Below are positions 51,101-64,000 of a stretch of 64,000 nt of DNA, one piece after another; the stretch's first letter is position 1; each line of letters starts with the position of its first letter. This stretch comes from Lama guanicoe (taxonomy: Eukaryota). A model generated the notes under the pieces. It saw only the letters and a program-made list of their open reading frames with translations. It made no database searches and was not told the DNA's origin. The stretch covers positions 2,790,001 to 2,854,000 of the forward strand of contig MU053304.1 in the NCBI GenBank assembly GCA_013239625.1, read 5' to 3'. The position numbers and the translations under genes were made by a program.

Positions 51101-53299
51101 ACATGTGCAGGCAGATTTTCTACTTACTTTCCTCATTGCTTAGAAAGGATATGTTCTTTTTCTTTTTCTGCTTACAAAGTGGCCAATGCAACTATTAACA
51201 TATTGTGAGAAAGAAATCTCCTTTTGATTGAATTTCAGAAGAAATTAAATGCTTGTGTGTTTCTAAAGGATCTTGCTTTAGAAAATAAGCAGCTCAGAAG
51301 TAAATCTGGATCAACGACCAGAAAGTCGAGGGTATATGTAACTACGACTGCTTACTGAGGTCGGCCCTTGCACTCGTAATGCAAGTTGGATAAGCTTGGT
51401 TCCATCTGCAGTGGAGAAGAACAGATCAGGAATAGTAACATAAATAAAGCTTCTTCATGATTCTTGTTTATTGTTCTCTCACCATCGGGAAGTAGCTGCA
51501 TGTGAGACATGCATGCCAGATTCTTCAGGAAATCATCATGTGGACACTACGAGGGTAAGAGAGTAATCTTATCTCCAAGTAGGTCTTGAGGGGGAATGAA
51601 GAGTCATTCTCTTCGTTGGCATTTCTTTATGTAAATCTTTCACAAGGGAAGACACTTCTAACCATGATGATCTTCTATATAGGGCACATTCAGTTCTGCT
51701 CTGCCAAGAAACAGGCTAATAAACTGGACAGCCTGCTGAGCTCCCTCCCTGAGCTACAATTAACAATGGTTCTGAGACTTCCAGGTCTTGCTTTGCCCTC
51801 TTTGGCTGTTCCACATAGACGTTCCATTTCCTGTTTGCAACTATAATTTGCTATAAATATTGAATTTACAGGATTTCTCTTGGAAATATGTTTATAGCAC
51901 TCTTGAACACTTTACAAATAAGGGAATAATTGTTTGAAATCCCTAAGCCAGCTGGAAGTCTCTTTACATAATCTCTCTGGCTGGATTTGCTGTCTGCTCT
52001 CAGCTCACTGTTCTCAGTGGCATCTAATGAGGCAATGTATAAATCTACTGTGCCAATGGCTAAATTGTCCTAATAATGATGAAACATGTTCATCTGCTCA
52101 GCCTCAGTAAAATTCTGTGCTCCACTTCCCCTAGAATGGATGAAATGTGATTTCCAAGAACAAGTCAGTGGCTATTCTTGAATCTTGACCATTTGGCAAT
52201 CTATACAGTTATAAAATCTGAAATGCATACTTATATCATATTTATCTTGTGATCTTTTCAGTGAACAAACTTTTTGTGTTGCTATCATTCATATGTGGTC
52301 TAATACTTGGGGTTCTCCTTAACAATAGTTGCACATAGATTATAGCTATTAAATAGTTTGTGTTCCAGTTGCTTTATTCTCATCATCTACTTTGAGAAAG
52401 AAAATAATTTTTACTCTTATTAGATTTTTATCTCAGAGATAGCTTCTGCTGAGTGAGTGAAAAGAGTATTCGCTGCTGACCTTAATGACAGAGATGCTGG
52501 TATAATTGACTGAAAAATTTATCTGTAAATTGTGCAAAGATATAATTTAGACAGTAATATCTATTATTCAAATTTCTGAAGTGCTGCTCATATAAGAACT
52601 TTATTTTTTAACTAAAATTTCCCCTTAAATATAATAGCTTAAGGGAACACTATAAAATGTCCCTAATAGTCTTTGCATGTCGAGAACATATTACATGTTG
52701 CTTGGCTCACATACTTTTTTCATCAAGTGGAAAATGTAGATATATTTTTGTCCCTTGAAAGCTCAGTGTCTTTGAGCATTATAGCTTAGAACCTAATATG
52801 ACAACCTGCATTTGTCTGTCTTTTTAACAATTAATTCACTCGTTATTTTCTGTTGCATGAACTCATGAGAAAAAAGAAAGTAGGTGTTTATCTCCTTCAT
52901 TTTTACAACTCATTTTAAAACATGATCATTTTTAAGTTGCTTTTTTTTAACTGAACTAGAGTGAAAACTCATGGAAAAACTGATCATTCTACCTGTCTCT
53001 CTAATATATTGGATTGTGCTTCCTAACTTTCATTAGGGTAAAAATGCTTCGTGGGAAAAGCAATTTAGATATGGCAGGGAGGCAGCACGCATTCTGTTTG
53101 AATTTTGTATATGAGTCACTTACCTAAGGTATTTCTGCAAAATGAAATCTACAAACACAATGACAAAAGTATTGTTACAATGAATTTATAACACACAAAA
53201 TAAAATTTAATAGGATTATTTATTAATCAACATATTGTGTTTTCTCTACCAGAGTATTTTGATATATTGTGTAGACATAGTTAATGATAAGACGAGAAA

Positions 53300-54545
53300 A
53301 TGATACAATAGAAAGTAAATACAGACTATAAAGTCTAGACAGACCAAAAGATGGTTCTTTGAAAAGGCAAATGAAATTGACAAATCCATAATATACTTAA
53401 TTTCAAAATGGGAATGAAACACAAAAGCAATTGTAGGGATGCAAAAAAGTTAACATCACTACAGATACTAGAGACAAAATTATGTTAATATTGTAAAGCA
53501 TTATGTCAATACACGAGTATATAACTTAGATTAAATGGGCAATTTAAAATAAAAATATAACTTACCAAAGGGACTCAAGAAGAAATGGAAACCATGATTA
53601 ACGTCAAAGATATTGACTCTGTGGTCAAAACCCTTCCAACCGAAAAGCTCCACTTTCAGAGAGCTTTGCTAGAGAGTTCTGCCAGACATTTGATAATAAG
53701 TAATTTCCATAGTACTCAAACTCTTCCAGCAGACAGAAAAGAGGGGAATACCTTCAATTTATTTTGTGAGGCCAGCATAACCTTGATACCAACATGACAA
53801 AAGAAGAAAGGACATACAATCACTCTCATTCATGATCACAGAAGAAAAAATTTCCCAACCAAATTATTAGCAATCTAGGTCTCACAACATGTAAAAAGGA
53901 TAATACTTTGCTATCAAACTGAATTGATCTCAGGAATTCAAGACTGATTTAATATTATAAATCAATTATTATAATCCACCAAATTAGCAATCTAAAGGGG
54001 AAAATATGGTTATACCAATTAAAGCAAAAAAACTTGATAAAAAGCAACATCTTTTTACAATGAATTGAAAAAGAAACACTAGAAAATACAAATAGTCAAT
54101 AACTTCCTTAATGAAAATCTATAGCAAACTATACACAGTGATGTAAATCTAAGGATTTTTTTTTTTTTTGCATTACTTCATTCAACATTTCACTGAATAT
54201 CCTAGCTGTGCAGGAAAGGAATAACAAGAAACAAACAAAACAAAAGAGGTATGAAAAAGAGGAAACCAAAACTCTCTGCTTTTGTAGGTTTTTTTTTATT
54301 GTGTACATAGAAAATCCAATCTGCAGATAAATTATTAGAACTAATAAATGAGTTTAGCATGCTTACTGACTATAAGTCAAAGCACACACATAAACACATA
54401 ATGTTTGTTCCTATGAGCCACAAACAAAAAGTGAAACTTTAAAAAGAAGATCATTTATATGCTATCAATAAATACGAATTTTCTAGGACTAAATCTCAAA
54501 AAAGCATGCAGGACCTTTCTGGAGAAAATCATAACCCTAAGCGAA
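53300..54545 (+). mobile_element. Old L1 ORF2 fragment
   Basis: ORF 53585-53797, IDSVVKTLPT...KEGNTFNLFCEASITLIP, is a decayed L1 ORF2 segment (IESVIKNLPT...GTLPNSFYEASITLIPKP). Confidence 0.8.
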
Positions 54546-57500
54546 TGACATGAATTGGAGATTATGTGACCACAGATAGTCACTTACTGACACCTGGTGC
54601 TCAACCCCGTGCCCCCACAACAGGCATCTCCTGCTTCGATATCTCGGATATTTTATGGCCTTAGTTCTCTGGTATCTCCATCCACATAGTAAAATTTTCC
54701 TGACTTCTAATGATGTACCAGTAAGTACCAGCAATAGAGATGCAGATATAATTTCACTGACTCCTTTTCATTTATTTTTTGTTCCTATATATATTGATAT
54801 TATTCTTTTTATATAATTATACTGACTTTATAGTCTTTGAGATTTTGAGGTTTTGAGTAATATGCTATTCATTTGCACTGAAAAAGGAGGTTAAAGCATG
54901 CCTACAGGTAAGCACTGTGCAGAAAATTAAAATTTAAAAGCATTCAAAGAAGCTGGAACAAATGTGCATAAAAATGTTGCCCTACTGCTCTCTTAATACT
55001 AGTCTTAATTTAAAATGGTAATCTTGAGAAGCGCAAACCGAGCGCCTCACGTATAGATACCCATAAAGCAGGTTGCGAGCCTCTAAAATTCTCATCTACA
55101 AGACATAAATTACATTTGATGCAAAGAAGACATGGAGCCCAGTCCCAGACACAAACCCAGCATATTATCCAAAACAGATGCTATCTGAATATATGCATGC
55201 AATCTTTGAACCCTTTTCTGAGTTTTTTTTTTAATTGTTTCAACTTCCATCATCTAGCTACTTCTGTTCCTTTTAAAGGCAGCCTACTGTGTGTCTTTCT
55301 CTTTGAATGATACTAAAACATTTTCCCCCCACTCCTCTCCTACTTCCTCTCCAAATCCGCTGGTGTTCATAACTCCTTCTCTTTTGTGGATGTGGTCCTC
55401 TCCATCAGCCACGTGGGTAGTTGAACCAAACTCACCTAACTGCCTCTCTGCTGCCTTAACCGCTAGGAGATACACCCAGGAGTCCAGGCTGGTTGTGGGG
55501 TGAGGGGTCCAGGGGAATATACGCCATGTCATGGCCAGGGCCTCTTATCTCATTCCAGCATTCTATGGGCCCCCTGGGTTCCAAACCCTCAGATTTTGAC
55601 CCTGACTTTGCAGGCTTCCTGGTTTATGGTGTCACCTTTGCCAAACTGCAAGTTGCGCTGTGCACCTGACCTCTTTTGAACCATAAAATTTTACCTGCTT
55701 TGTGCCCCATCCCCTTGGGGTCCTGCTACCCTCTTCTAGTTTAAATGACTGACTCCAAGTCACTAGTAGGGATTCCACCATCAAGAATAGACAGGTGGTG
55801 GAAACCTCTAGTGTTCTAGAGTTTTCCTCATTCTTCCAATCACAGAAGAAGGATGTTTTCCTGTTCCATTTTCACGAAGGTCTAGACCTGGTAGTGTGTT
55901 TGGCGAAGCTCTTCTGAGACTCAAGTCCCCCTCTTCCCTCAACAGGAGACGTGATCTAACCTGGTGCAGCCGTAACATCTCCTCCTGCGAACCCTCCCCC
56001 TTGTTTGCACTGCTTTTCTCTGGCCCCAAGGCCCTCATAAAATGGGAGCACCCTAAAGAAAACCAGTACTAAAGAAAGTTAGCAGGTGGCACTATGGGAA
56101 GACATCAGGGCATCGGGGAAAGAGCACAGACCGGGGTCAGGTTCATCTAGGCTTGGATCCCAAATTAAGCCACTTAACTTTCCCAATATCAAACTAGTAA
56201 AAGCGACAGTTGAGGCCGAAGTTTAAGTCTTCCAGCTTCCAGCACAGTCGTATTTTCACTATATCACATGTCATAATATTTTTTTTAAATTTTGACATAT
56301 GTATTTATATCAACTTCAAGCCTTCTCACATGGCACATTGTTTAATGTGTGGCTGTTGTTACATGTTTCCTCATTCTATTGGTTTCAAATATTGCAATTA
56401 TAATTTACCTGAGTGTTTCCCTGATAAAGAAAATGACAGTTCCACTTAAGGTTTGTATTATTTCTAGCTAAATGTTAGTTTCACTAACTTGTATTTCAGG
56501 GCTGTAGACTCACAGACAAAAGCATGGAGATGGAATTAAATGATTGTGCTTACCTTTCTCTGACAATTAAAGATAAGCCACTAAGATTTTTAGGTGGTGC
56601 CATTTATTGACCCTACCATATTTACTGAGTACTGACTAACTGGCAGACAATGTGCTAAGTATTTTGTAGGGTTCATGAGTGAATCGGATGTTCTTTTTCA
56701 TCTCAAGAACTAAAGAACGAGTTTGGGAATAAAATCTGGCAATTTTAATTCAACTTCAGTTAGATTGGAAGATCCCTCTTCATTCAACATGAAATACAAC
56801 TGTGCCTTAAAATGGAGATTGATACACACGAACATTGATAAGTAAAGATGTGTTGAGTGAGTTGTGATTTCTCCAGATACTGTCTCCGAAAGGAATGCAA
56901 ATCACATTCTTTGTTGGGTGTATAATTAGCTCGCTGGATAGCTTCTGAAACCTCTGCTATGGCACCAGATAAGTCTTCTCCAAAATCCGAAGAAAATTAT
57001 GTATCAAAGTGCTTTACTTCAAAATGCAAAACAAAGGTAACTCATGGCGTAGTAACACAGTTCTAAAGACCTGAGGGAAGAAAATCTGAGGGGAAAAACT
57101 ATGTCAGGGATGTTTCCTATTCTGAGGTCGCATATCAGGTATTTTCCAGGTTGATACTTGTGGTGAAAATGAGTGTAACAACATGTTCACAAAACACGCT
57201 GAAGTTAAAGGCGGCCCGAGCCCACCAGGTGCTGCCTGGGGTGGCCTGACTTAGCAGTATTCCAAGAAAAGACAAAAACTCAGATTTTTAAGGTGTGTTC
57301 TTTCAGTTTTCAACTAAATTATTTGTTGGCAACTAATTTAAAATATTTAATACTGCACAGTTTGTGAGTTCTGTCCAAACTCCCGTTGCTAAATATTTTT
57401 GATGTAAAACTACCTCTATTTTAAATGGATTCTATTTCTATTCATAAATTTTTGACATTTAACAAGCTGTCCCTTTTAAAATCATAAAATGAAAATGCAT

Positions 57501-58145
57501 TCATGACTAGGGAATAAAGTTAATTGGACTCTATGAAAATAATCTATAATTATAATGATACAAACTCCAGGTTCACACAGAAGATCCATTTATTAAATCT
57601 AATTTGCTTGCCACACGGCTGAGAGCAAAAACCATCTGGGACGGGTTATCCCTCCTGACCTTTTTAAAGGAATATTCGTCAACTTCATTCTAACACAGTG
57701 AGTGTTATTTAAGTTTTTCTTGAAAGGCTTTCTATGGGCTTTGGGTTTTTTAACAGACAGTCTAATATACCCAATTACGAGCTCAATAAAATTCTTGAGA
57801 CTATTAAGATAGTTTCAGAAAAATGAAGCCATTAGCATTGGCTGTCCTTCCCCATCAGAAGAGCAGGAGATACTCCTGTTGAGGGAACTGTATTTATGGT
57901 GTGATGATGCTGTTTTAAGCTCTGCAAGTAGCTCCATCCAGCAGCTTCCAAGATCTCTGCTCTGAGTAAAGTCTCATTATCCAGAATCAGTGATGTGTTC
58001 CACAGGATTGTTGAAGTTTAATTTCCTTTTGCCAGTTGTCTACATAGACAATCATGAAACTGGTAAACATCCCCATCCCCCTGAGATATGTGTTATGAAA
58101 GCAAGATGTAGGTTCATACACAGTCATCTGTGATAAAGGATTCTT

Positions 58146-58515
58146 TTTATAAATTGAAGTATAGTCAGTTTATGTCGTGTCAAGTTCTGGTGTACAGCAT
58201 AATGTTTCAGTCATATATATATATATACACATATATCCCTTTTCATATTCTTTTTCGTTATAGGTTACTACAAGATACTGAATGTAGTCCCCTGTGCTAG
58301 ACAGTAGAATCTTGTTATGTATCTATTATACAGAGAGAGCAGTTAGTATCTGCAAATCTCCAACTCCCAGTTTATCCCTTCCCACACCCTTTCCCGCTGG
58401 TAACTATAAGTTTGGTTTCTACCTGGAGATTGTCATTGTAAGTGAAGTAAGCCAGAAAGAGAAAGGAAATACCATATGATGCCACTTACGGAATCTAAAA
58501 AAAAAAAAGACACAA
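58146..58515 (-). mobile_element. Young L1 with 5' inversion (twin priming) and perfect 16-bp TSD
   Basis: TSD GTGATAAAGGATTCTT at 58130-58145 and 58516-58531. Orientation switches at about 58421. Confidence 0.9.
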
Positions 58516-59074
58516 GTGATAAAGGATTCTTAGATATAAAAGCTTTTCCATGGAAGTTACCTTTGGTTAAAGGCAGGATTTGCTGGTTTTGTTGGTTTTA
58601 TCACTTCTACCAGCCATGTTAATTCATTTTCACTGCAGTAGTTGGATTGTCTGTTACCTTTTGTGGCACCTATGAGAACTCATCACTAAAATGGTAACCT
58701 ATATGTTAAGATTGCAAATTTCACTTGAGTTTGGGGGAGAAGATTCTTTAATAAACAGAGGAATGTCTTATGACTGTAAATATAATAGAGTTTTGCACTT
58801 CCAAATTTTTTATAAGCACTGGATTTCCAGAGCTTACAGAGATCACATTTTTAAAAATAAGGATCTCTTTTGAGTCACACATACACACAAATACATACAT
58901 ATATTTTATTTATATATATATATATATATATGTATTCAATGTAAATAATTTAGAAAATGTATGAAGGAACACAAAAAAAAATCACAAATAACCCTATTAC
59001 TCAAAGATGACTTCTTTAATATTTTCTTATTTCTATGCACATGAAACTATGTATAGATTTATGCTTTAATTAGC

Positions 59075-59710
59075 TTATTGATTCAACAGGCATTTACTGA
59101 GCTCCTATTGTATGCCAGGCATTATTCCTGGACTTGGAATGCGTTATGAAAAACCAGCAAAGATCCCCACATTTTTGGAGTTTATAACCATCAGGTAGGA
59201 CAGGGAAGAACAGGGAGGAGAACCCGTAATAAATAATTAATATAGTAAATAAGCACGTTCTATAGAATGCTAGAAGATACCGAGAAAATAGAGCAGGGGG
59301 GAGAGACTGGGAAGCCAGGGACAGGGAGGCCCGGGTGACAACAGGGTCATCGGGGGAAGCAGCGTGGAGAAGGGGCATTTCAGAAAGACTTGGGGCAGGT
59401 GATAAAGGGGTCTTGCAGACCCCCAAAGAGCATTCCAGGCAGAGGGGATGTCTAGCAAAGGCACTCAGACAGCACTGTGCCTGTCCTGTTCTAGAAACAG
59501 CAAAAAGGCCAGCGTGGCCAGAGTGGCGACAGGGATGAAGAGTGTGAAGGACTCCAGGCTTCAGTGGTGAGGGGACTCCAAGCACGTAGAGCCTTGTCGT
59601 CCACGGCAACGACTTACAATTTTACTCCAAGTGAAATGCAGACCTACAGCAAGGTTTTAAGCACAGAAATGACCTGATCAATCCTTCATTTTAAAAGGGT
59701 GCTATCTAGG
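59075..59710 (-). mobile_element. L2a fragment
   Basis: attcaacaggcatttactgagctcctattgtatgccaggca...gagcattccaggcagaggg...ttttaagcacagaaatgacctgatc. Confidence 0.8.
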
Positions 59711-60293
59711 TCAACAGTTACATCGTATAATATTTTGTGTTCAACTCTTCCTTCAGCAGGGGAGTATTTTTCCATGTCATTTTGTTTTTACGGGAAAGAG
59801 GCATCGTATTAATGTCTGCATGCTAACTCTATCAAAGTACCTATTAGAGAATGTATTGTTTACTTTCTGTTTTTCTCTCTTCGTAACGTTGAGTTGAACA
59901 TCTTGGTACTTAAGTCTTTATTTTGGTGTCTGTCCTCTAGAATAAATTCCTGTAAATGGCATTACTGAGTAAGATTCGTGACGTGTGTTCGGATGGCTTT
60001 TCATAAAAGTCATATAAATGAATACCCTGAGAATCAACATGTGAAATATGACATATTATTTTGATCAACAGAATAATATGTTAGTTTTCCTTAACTTGAG
60101 ACCAACAAAATTCATTCACTCAATTATTTATCAACAGACTTCTTAAAATCTATACTCTACAGCAACCTACTAGACACATTGTTATGACACAGACCCCTAT
60201 TTTTCACACACACCTACATTTCTTACTTTCTTCTTCCAGTTGTTTTCTCTTCACTATATCATTTTCACATAACTGACTTTAAATGCAAATGAC

Positions 60294-60480
60294 TGATAAA
60301 AAAAGGAAGTTCCTACTGTATAGCACGGGGAACTATATTCCATACTTTGTTAATAGCCTATAATGAAAAAGAATATGAAAAGGAATATATGTATATCTGA
60401 ATCACTATGCTGTACACCAGAAACTAACACAAGATTGCAAATCGACCATACTTCAATAAAAATAAGAAAAATAATTTTAA
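60294..60480 (+). mobile_element. Young L1 3' end with 13-bp TSD
   Basis: tactgtatagcacggggaactatattc...gctgtacaccagaaactaacaca...cttcaataaaa. TSD AAATGCAAATGAC (60281-60293) and AAATGTAAATGAC (60481-60493). Confidence 0.85.
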
Positions 60481-61259
60481 AAATGTAAATGACAAACATG
60501 CATGGTTCAAACCAGGATTTCGTCCCTTTTCCTCCCTCTCGTAAAGTTTCTTTGTTTCAGTTCATGATGTGGTGTTGATGAGACCTGAAGCAGAGGCTTC
60601 ACAAAGTATCTCAGGAGAAAGGGTTTGCCAAGCAAATGAAGGGGGCAAACAGAGACACAGAGAAAAAAAAAAATATATATATATGTCTTAAATTAGTCTT
60701 GTGTGTTAATTAAAGTAGTGTTAAATTTTTGTTCAATTAAAGTAGCATTTAAGCAATATAACTACTTTCCTCAAGAAATAACTCTCAGTTCAAATTTTCA
60801 CCAAAGTCAAATTAGTCCTCTGGAAGCTTTGGGGCTTTGCTTCAATGTTCTGGATATCTCCCCGTGTTGACAAATGTAAGACTGTGTGTCTCAACAGGCC
60901 ACATCCATGTGCAGCTTTAGACTAACTGAATGTATTCTGTGTTCTCTTGGATTTAGAAAAAGTTTTAATTATTCTTTATTTTAGAAGTTCATAATAATAG
61001 TCAAGGGTCAGCATAGGTTTGCATGGATTTGAGAAACTCAGATGTGAGAACAGAAAAGAGAAATGTCACTATAACACGCAAAAGGTCTGTCTGTATTATG
61101 TTTAATACCAAAATATACTTAAAATCTAATGAGACCCTTAAGAATAAATTTACAGGGCTTAGTGTGGTATCATTTCTCAGTCTAATACTCCGTGTTTTCC
61201 CTATGCCAGCACACGCTACTGCTTTACGGAAAAGCCCTATTTAACCACCAGAAGAGTTC

Positions 61260-61650
61260 CGTGACAGAGCTTCCATTATAATCTGCATTTACAGGAGGAA
61301 ACATGCTTAGAGAGGTTTGAGTCACGTGTTCAGTTCCATCCAGCTAATAAGTGGTGAAGTGGAAACTTGAACTTAGATGTCTCAGATACTGAAACACTAG
61401 GGTTTGTCTACATGGGGACTCGTTTAGAGGTCATGGTTGTGGAAGCAAGGGATTAGGAGGAAAATTAGGAGTCACAGTGGAAAGTAACATGGTGTAGAGA
61501 CAAGAGAAACAGGGCAAATCTCAGTTCAGTTGTTTGCCAGCAATATTAAACTTGGATTACATGTTGACCTCTAATTCTTAACTTCTCATCTATAAAAGGA
61601 ATGTAATTAAAAGAGTGTGTGAAATATTGCATAGATGCTAAGTACCTGCT
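61260..61650. mobile_element. Two MIR fragments in opposite orientations
   Basis: catttacaggaggaaacatgcttagagaggtt (minus strand), and aacatggtgtagag...acttctcatctataaaagg (plus strand). Confidence 0.6.
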
Positions 61651-62344
61651 ATGCATTAAATGATGTTAATTTTTTAGAAGTAATATACAGAAGATGGTAT
61701 AACAGAGTGAGGCACTTGCCCAGTGCTTTGGTGGAAAATCAGAAATTATCTGGGAGCTGAGGTGAATACTGTAACATATGTTTTCAATGTATCTGAACTA
61801 AAGTCTAGATGCAGCAGAATGCAGGGATATACGTGATGTGTTATGACCATCCAAATATACACCTAAATTTTTTTTTAGAAATAAAGCACTTTCAGATAAA
61901 TATTTCTACAGTAAGCATCAAATGGTCTTCTATATAAATGCATATTCATGAAAAACTAACTTAGCAACAGTAATGGGTACTTTTTGCTGACATTAACATA
62001 ATAGTTTTGCACACACCATTTGTAGGACGTATGTTTTCAAAAGTTTCCCCATAGTCCTCATTAACAAAAGGGGGAAAAAAAAACAACTAAGCTATCCTGT
62101 TCTTTTGCTTGATCTTCTTATCTGAACAAGACGTTATAGTTTCAAAATAATTTCTTGAGGTCTTGATAAAGCTGAGACTGTGAAGCAGCTTTTTGAGGTA
62201 CAAAGATAATAAAGCCCTAGAGTAGTGATTAAATTCTTGAGGTCGTTGCTAATCACCACCTCTTTACTCAGAGGTAATACGTGGATTTGCAAAGCACAGC
62301 ATCTGACACATGGCATATTGTTCGATACACGTTATTTTATTATG

Positions 62345-62402
62345 TATCTACCAATAAAACTCTGTTCTACAGTTATCTATCAATAAAACTCTGTTCTACA
62401 GT
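62345..62402. repeat. 29-bp tandem duplication (1 mismatch)
   Basis: TATCTACCAATAAAACTCTGTTCTACAGT followed by TATCTATCAATAAAACTCTGTTCTACAGT. Confidence 0.95.
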
Positions 62403-63406
62403 ACAGCCCTTTTTTATGTTAAGAAGTTTACTATTTGATTATCTTTCCTATTATAATCTAGTTTTTTTCTGTGGTATCTGCTTATGATGAAGTTTATGTT
62501 TCAGTGGATATATCGGATACATTTGAGAGTTTTCTGAGTGAGAAAGTCTTCACTGAAAAAGTATTCAGTATAATTTTTCAGGATAAAAGGTTTCTGCACA
62601 ACTAGCACTGAAAATAGGGAAATTGCCAGCCAGTGGTGTTTACAAATTATATCCCAAATGAAGTAACAATGCTATAATCATGTCTTTTTTCTTGATAATC
62701 AAGATGAATTAGAGGATAGCTAATTTGTGGCCATTCTTTCTTCCAAGAATGAGCCACTCATTTTATGATTAATAATAAATGACCCATTTTCACTCTCTTT
62801 ATTGTCACTTACTAGTACCTCACAAAAAGTACACAAACTTAGATCTGCAACATTTTCACTGATCTGAGGGCAAAATGATAGTAAAGTTTGTCAACTGTCT
62901 TTTCTTAAAAAGAAATATTCTTCGTTCTTAGATAATATATCATTGTTTCCTTATATTGTTTAAATATCCTTTCTTTGAAAAACGAAGGTGAGAGCAGAGG
63001 TCATAAGGGATTTTAAATGTCCTTATTTGGGAAAATAAAAGATTGGCTGCTTTCTAATGTTATTGTTGTCGTTGTTTTACTGGTCCAGGAAATCAAAAGG
63101 TCTGGAATTCACCATTCTACAGTTACTCAGCTGCCTTTCAATATTAAAACAGGACACATAACAATGGTTTTGAAATATTTTCAAGGTTAGATAGTTGTTT
63201 CCTCTGGTACATTTATTAAAATCCTACAGTCTTAATGGGGACTTTGTAGGTCTTCCAGCCACTGATAAGATGGTGACCTATTAGATTTGCATAGATGACA
63301 TGATAAGAAAATCATGCTCTGATATCTTCAACCTAGAAAAGAAAAACATGAGTGTAGAAGGAAAAACAGTGAATTTCTTACAGAGATGGAGTAGAAGACT
63401 GTACAG

Positions 63407-63824
63407 TGTAGAAGAAAAATTTTGCACCTGAGACTTGTCAAAGATACAAGACATTTTATTTGGGCCACTGCAATAGGGGAGAGAGATATCAGTATAGAAC
63501 TGATCTCAGATCCAAATACAAAGAGAACAATTGAAGACTTATAAACATTGGACAGAGGGAGGGGGTCAGTGGTTGCAAAATTAATCAGAGGAGATATCAA
63601 GAGTAGGGGGAATCCTTGCTAAAATGGCCTGACAGGATTCTTGCTATTGGCTGACCAAGTATGTAGATATTAAGGGTGAGGGATGAGGATCTTGATCAAA
63701 TATCAAGGGTTGGGAATCTTGCTAAACTGAAAAAACTGAGCTCAGCAGGCCAAGGTCAAGATCCAGGTGAAAGGTGACTCAGAGGAACCTGACTAAAGTT
63801 TGGTCAAGGAGGGTGTATTTGTCA
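63407..63824 (-). mobile_element. ERV1 solo LTR (MER31/MER67-like)
   Basis: The reverse complement starts TGACAAATACACCCTCCTTGACCAAACTTTAGTCAGGTTCCTCTGAG, matching MER31-type 5' ends from memory. Near 4-bp TSD ACAG/ATAG. Confidence 0.7.
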
Positions 63825-63980
63825 ATAGACTGGTCATAAGATGAAGGTAAAAGAAATTAACACATCAAATGATTTTTAAAGCAAATCAGGTTTTTTTAAT
63901 TCAATTTATTTAAAATTTAATAAAAAATATAAACGATTCACCCATTTCTCCCACCCCCATCTCCCTCTTGTTAAAAAAGT

Positions 63981-64000
63981 ACACACACACACACACACAC
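63981..64000. repeat. (CA)n microsatellite, truncated by the window end
   Basis: Read directly from the sequence. Confidence 0.95.

Larger units (their letters stand above)
34265..64000 (+). other. SPHKAP: Intron 1 of SPHKAP (continues beyond the window)
   Basis: Begins at the GTAAGA donor. I saw no sequence encoding the expected exon 2 peptide (NLESSRMYDVLE...-like) downstream. A long first intron agrees with my recollection of the human gene. Confidence 0.75.

Noticed and set aside
59094..59609. 171-aa minus-strand ORF
   Set aside because: Falls inside an L2 fragment; a chance open frame in locally GC-richer sequence.

Overview
AT-rich, repeat-dense mammalian genomic DNA, almost certainly from a camelid (alpaca, llama or camel), judged from a tRNA-Ala-derived Vic-1-type SINE and several young L1 3' ends. 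The only protein-coding signal I can support is the first coding exon of SPHKAP (A-kinase anchor protein SPHKAP/SKIP). It has an ATG at 34233, encodes MDGNSLLSVP(S), and ends at a strong AAG|GTAAGA donor inside a CpG island (about 33850-35290). Upstream (1 to about 33.8 kb) appears intergenic, and downstream (34265-64000) is intron 1; I did not find exon 2 in the window. The rest is mostly L1, L2, MIR, MaLR/ERVL/ERV1 LTRs and microsatellites, with many nested insertions whose target-site duplications (TSDs) can be read by eye. There is one 66-N assembly gap with a probable false duplication. Almost all long ORFs in the track are chance ORFs or repeat-derived. I found no convincing new biological system. 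The best leads are a young-looking 428-bp solo LTR packed with NR5A-type and NRF1-like motifs about 11 kb upstream of SPHKAP, several CpG-rich patches in AT-rich or old-repeat DNA, and two L1 twin-priming inversions. Repeat subfamily names are from memory of consensus sequences, not from a search.
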